From: an uncultured Chloroflexia bacterium
Lineage (GTDB): Bacteria; Chloroflexota; Limnocylindria; Limnocylindrales; CSP1-4
Assembly (NCBI GenBank): GCA_963814315.1
Contig: CAWFCG010000001.1
Span: 904,146-968,145, forward strand
DNA length: 64,000 nt
Direction: 5' to 3'
The notes below the pieces were generated by a model. It was given only the letters and a program-made list of their open reading frames with translations. It searched no databases and was not told the origin of the DNA. Made by a program: the position numbers and the translations under genes. Shown piece after piece: positions 61,653 through 64,000 of this stretch; the first letter of the stretch is position 1, and the number at the start of each line of letters is the position of its first letter.

Positions 61653-62750
61653 TCAGACGCGCCGAGGGCTTCTTCCTCGAAGCAAGCCCACGACCACGAC
61701 ACCGGCGTAGAGTGCGATCGATACACCCGTCAGGATCCCGGCGGCCTGACGAAGCCCCTGGTCGAGCGTGATGTCGCCGATGATGCGGGCGGTCACCGAG
61801 ACATGCAGCAACACGAGCGGTAGCCAGGCGACCGGTTGGTAGGCGATGGGGCGCCCCAGGATGGCCGGGAAGATGATGGGGGCGTGGCCGAAGACCATCG
61901 AGAAGACGAAGCCCAGCAGCACAGCGTGGAGGTAGGCGTCATAGCCGAAGCCACCCCAGATCTGTTCGTTGGTCAGGGCCACGAGGCCCGCGAAGCCCAG
62001 CCAGACGTAGCCTGCCAGCAGGCAGGCGGCCACGAAGCGCGGCAGTCCCGAGCGCCGGATGGTCACCCGGGCTAAGTCGTAGTGCCACAGCCAGATCGCC
62101 AGCGCCAGCATGCCCACGCCCGACAGGCGCACGCCCGGTGCGACATCGATGACCATGTAGAGCAGCGCCGCGATGTAGATCCCTGCCGCAGCCGCGAATG
62201 AGCCGTGGGCGGCGCGGCTATGCACGCGCAACTTGGCCAGCTCCAGACGCTCGCCGGTGATGGTGAGCACCAGGAACGCCATCCACCACGGGGTCAGGAA
62301 GGCGACAGCGCGCCCGCCAAGCCAGGCAGCGTCGGCTAGCAGCAGGAAGCCGGCGCCGATGGTCATCACCAACACATCCAGCGTGGGATGGCGACGCAAC
62401 ATCTCCAGGTTGATAGCCACCAAGACGGCGGCACCGGCGGCCAGCAAGCCGACCGCTGGTGCGGTGGCACCCTGGATCAGCAGCACGATGGTGCCGGCCC
62501 CGCCCAGCACCGGCGCGAGGTCAGCCCAGGTCCAGTCGCGCCCGAGGACGGTGCGCATCGCGACCGAGCGCTCCAGAGCGATGAGTGTGCCGAAGACGCC
62601 TGCGGCCAGGATCGGTCCGTGCAGCATGACGCGCTCGGTCGCCAGGGCCGGCATCTCGATCCCCAGGCGAGCCAGACCGGCCAGGATGCCGATGGCCATG
62701 GCCGCCACGATGACCATCAGCAATGGCAAGTGCAGGGCTATGCGTTTCAT
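61653..62750 (-). CDS. Polytopic membrane protein, NnrS-like
   Basis: HG...FGTLIALER, LTITGERLEL, HAVLLGFVFSMVFGHAPII. Confidence 0.65.
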   Translation of the reverse strand: MKRIALHLPLLMVIVAAMAIGILAGLARLGIEMPALATERVMLHGPILAAGVFGTLIALERSVAMRTVLGRDWTWADLAPVLGGAGTIVLLIQGATAPAVGLLAAGAAVLVAINLEMLRRHPTLDVLVMTIGAGFLLLADAAWLGGRAVAFLTPWWMAFLVLTITGERLELAKLRVHSRAAHGSFAAAAGIYIAALLYMVIDVAPGVRLSGVGMLALAIWLWHYDLARVTIRRSGLPRFVAACLLAGYVWLGFAGLVALTNEQIWGGFGYDAYLHAVLLGFVFSMVFGHAPIIFPAILGRPIAYQPVAWLPLVLLHVSVTARIIGDITLDQGLRQAAGILTGVSIALYAGVVVVGLLRGRSPRRV

Positions 62751-62827
62751 GTCGCCAGCCTAGAGCGCGTGGCCAACACGAGGACGTCCTGGCGGGCCCC
62801 GTTTGACGTGACCTTCAGCCCGGGCCT

Positions 62828-63277
62828 TCAGAAGCCCCAGTGGACGATGGCCTTGCGGTCGCCCGTGCGCAGCATCTCGAGGGCCATCGAATCCGCTGGG
62901 ACCAGTGGCTCCGGCAGGGCTGTCAGTGGGGCCCATCGGAGGCCACCGTTCAGCTCCGGCTCCCGGACCGATGGTTCTCCCTCCCACCTGGAGACGGCGA
63001 AGAAGAAGTCCACCCGCTGGCCACGATCACTCGAGGTCTGCCGACGATGAATGGTGCAGATCGGCTCCAGGTCGGCCTCGTCGATGACGACACCGAGCTC
63101 TTCATACGCTTCCCTGACTGCCGCCGCGTACACGGATTCACCGCGCTCCACGTGCCCGGCAGCGCTGCATGCCCAGTGGCCGTCCATGTACCCGGTGCCC
63201 GCGCGGTGCTGGAGCAGGACCTCACTGCCACGCAGCAGGGCGACATACGCCGCGGGGACGAGAGCGAATGGCTGCAT
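62828..63277 (-). CDS. NUDIX hydrolase
   Basis: GHVERGESVYAAAVREAYEELG Nudix box; ATG at 63277. Confidence 0.88.
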   Translation of the reverse strand: MQPFALVPAAYVALLRGSEVLLQHRAGTGYMDGHWACSAAGHVERGESVYAAAVREAYEELGVVIDEADLEPICTIHRRQTSSDRGQRVDFFFAVSRWEGEPSVREPELNGGLRWAPLTALPEPLVPADSMALEMLRTGDRKAIVHWGF

Positions 63278-63355
63278 CGCGCCACGGTAGCCCATCGGCC
63301 ACGGTCCTCGATCGGGTCCGCGGCCGACTCTCGAGGCGCGTGGCATCCTGACGCC

Positions 63356-64000
63356 GTGGATGCCGAGCATGCCAGCCGACTGGTTACTGACCTCGTCGAC
63401 GCGGGTGTCCTCGTCGTCTTCGTGCCGCTGCTGTTCGTCGCGGCCGTGCTGGCGGGACCCGTCGCTCGGCGAACCGGCAGCAGCCGCCTTCTCGTGTGGC
63501 TGGCGCTCGTATCGATCGCCGGGGTCCTCGCTGCCACCCTCCGGGAACGAGACTTGTTGGCACAACTCTCGGATGCTGGTCCCTCTTCCTGTGCCGGCTG
63601 CGTCCCATTTGGTTGGTTGACCGATCCACGGCTGTGGTCTCGTGCGGCTCGCATCGACGCGGCGTGGCTGCTCAACGTGGCTCTCTTCATCCCGGCTGGC
63701 CTCCTGGTCACCCTCGCCACGCGTCGCCCGGCTCGGGTGCTCATCACCTTGGTCGGCCTGGCGCTATCGATCGAGGTCATCCAGGACCTGACTCGGCTCG
63801 GTTCGCCCGACCCGGCCGACCTCGTCGCCAACTCCGTCGGGGCCAGCATCGGGGTCGGACTGGGCATCGTGGCGTTGCGCGTGCGCCCAGCTCGCATCGC
63901 GTCTCAGCCTGACCCGACGACCTCGCGCCGAGCCGAGGTCGCCTTCGTCGTTGGTGCGATCACTATCGTCAGTCTGGGGTGGCTCGGACTCTCGCTCGGT
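63356..64000 (+). CDS. VanZ-family membrane protein (runs off the window end; missing from the ORF track)
   Basis: Open frame from GTG 63356: NVALFIPAG...SIEVIQ...DPADLVANSVGA. Confidence 0.75.
   Translation, partial: MDAEHASRLVTDLVDAGVLVVFVPLLFVAAVLAGPVARRTGSSRLLVWLALVSIAGVLAATLRERDLLAQLSDAGPSSCAGCVPFGWLTDPRLWSRAARIDAAWLLNVALFIPAGLLVTLATRRPARVLITLVGLALSIEVIQDLTRLGSPDPADLVANSVGASIGVGLGIVALRVRPARIASQPDPTTSRRAEVAFVVGAITIVSLGWLGLSLG

Overview
High-GC, gene-dense core-genome window. I see no rRNA, tRNA, CRISPR array or mobile element. Gene content suggests a Chloroflexota-like bacterium (inference). Left to right: MFS and otsB-like genes; a 15-kb complex I (nuo) operon; folK; a purH-like gene; a heat-shock operon (hsp20-hspR-lon-dnaJ/cbpA-clpB, followed by midA and a NUDIX gene); a KimA-USP-TrkA-TrkA potassium locus; frameshifted rsmG next to a DnaA-box cluster; the hpt cluster; polar and branched-chain amino-acid ABC transporters; a NYN ribonuclease with a very long disordered tail; holB, acyP, GH13, udgB, ScyD/E, MFS; an ABC-2 exporter and others. 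The main finding is the complex I. nuoI is split in two, and a three-gene electron-input module (NuoE, NuoF and an StnC/GltD-like NADPH flavoprotein) is inserted in frame between its two ferredoxin motifs. The order is nuoA-B-C-D-H-[I(N)::E]-F-[G'/GltD::I(C)]-J-K-L-M-N, which suggests a proton-pumping NADPH:quinone oxidoreductase whose N6a/N6b clusters are shared between two polypeptides. Other candidates: a PurH with substituted catalytic residues in both domains, a ~400-nt structured RNA divergent from the heat-shock operon, and an RNase E-like scaffold on a NYN nuclease. All calls come from motif recognition by eye; no database searches were run.
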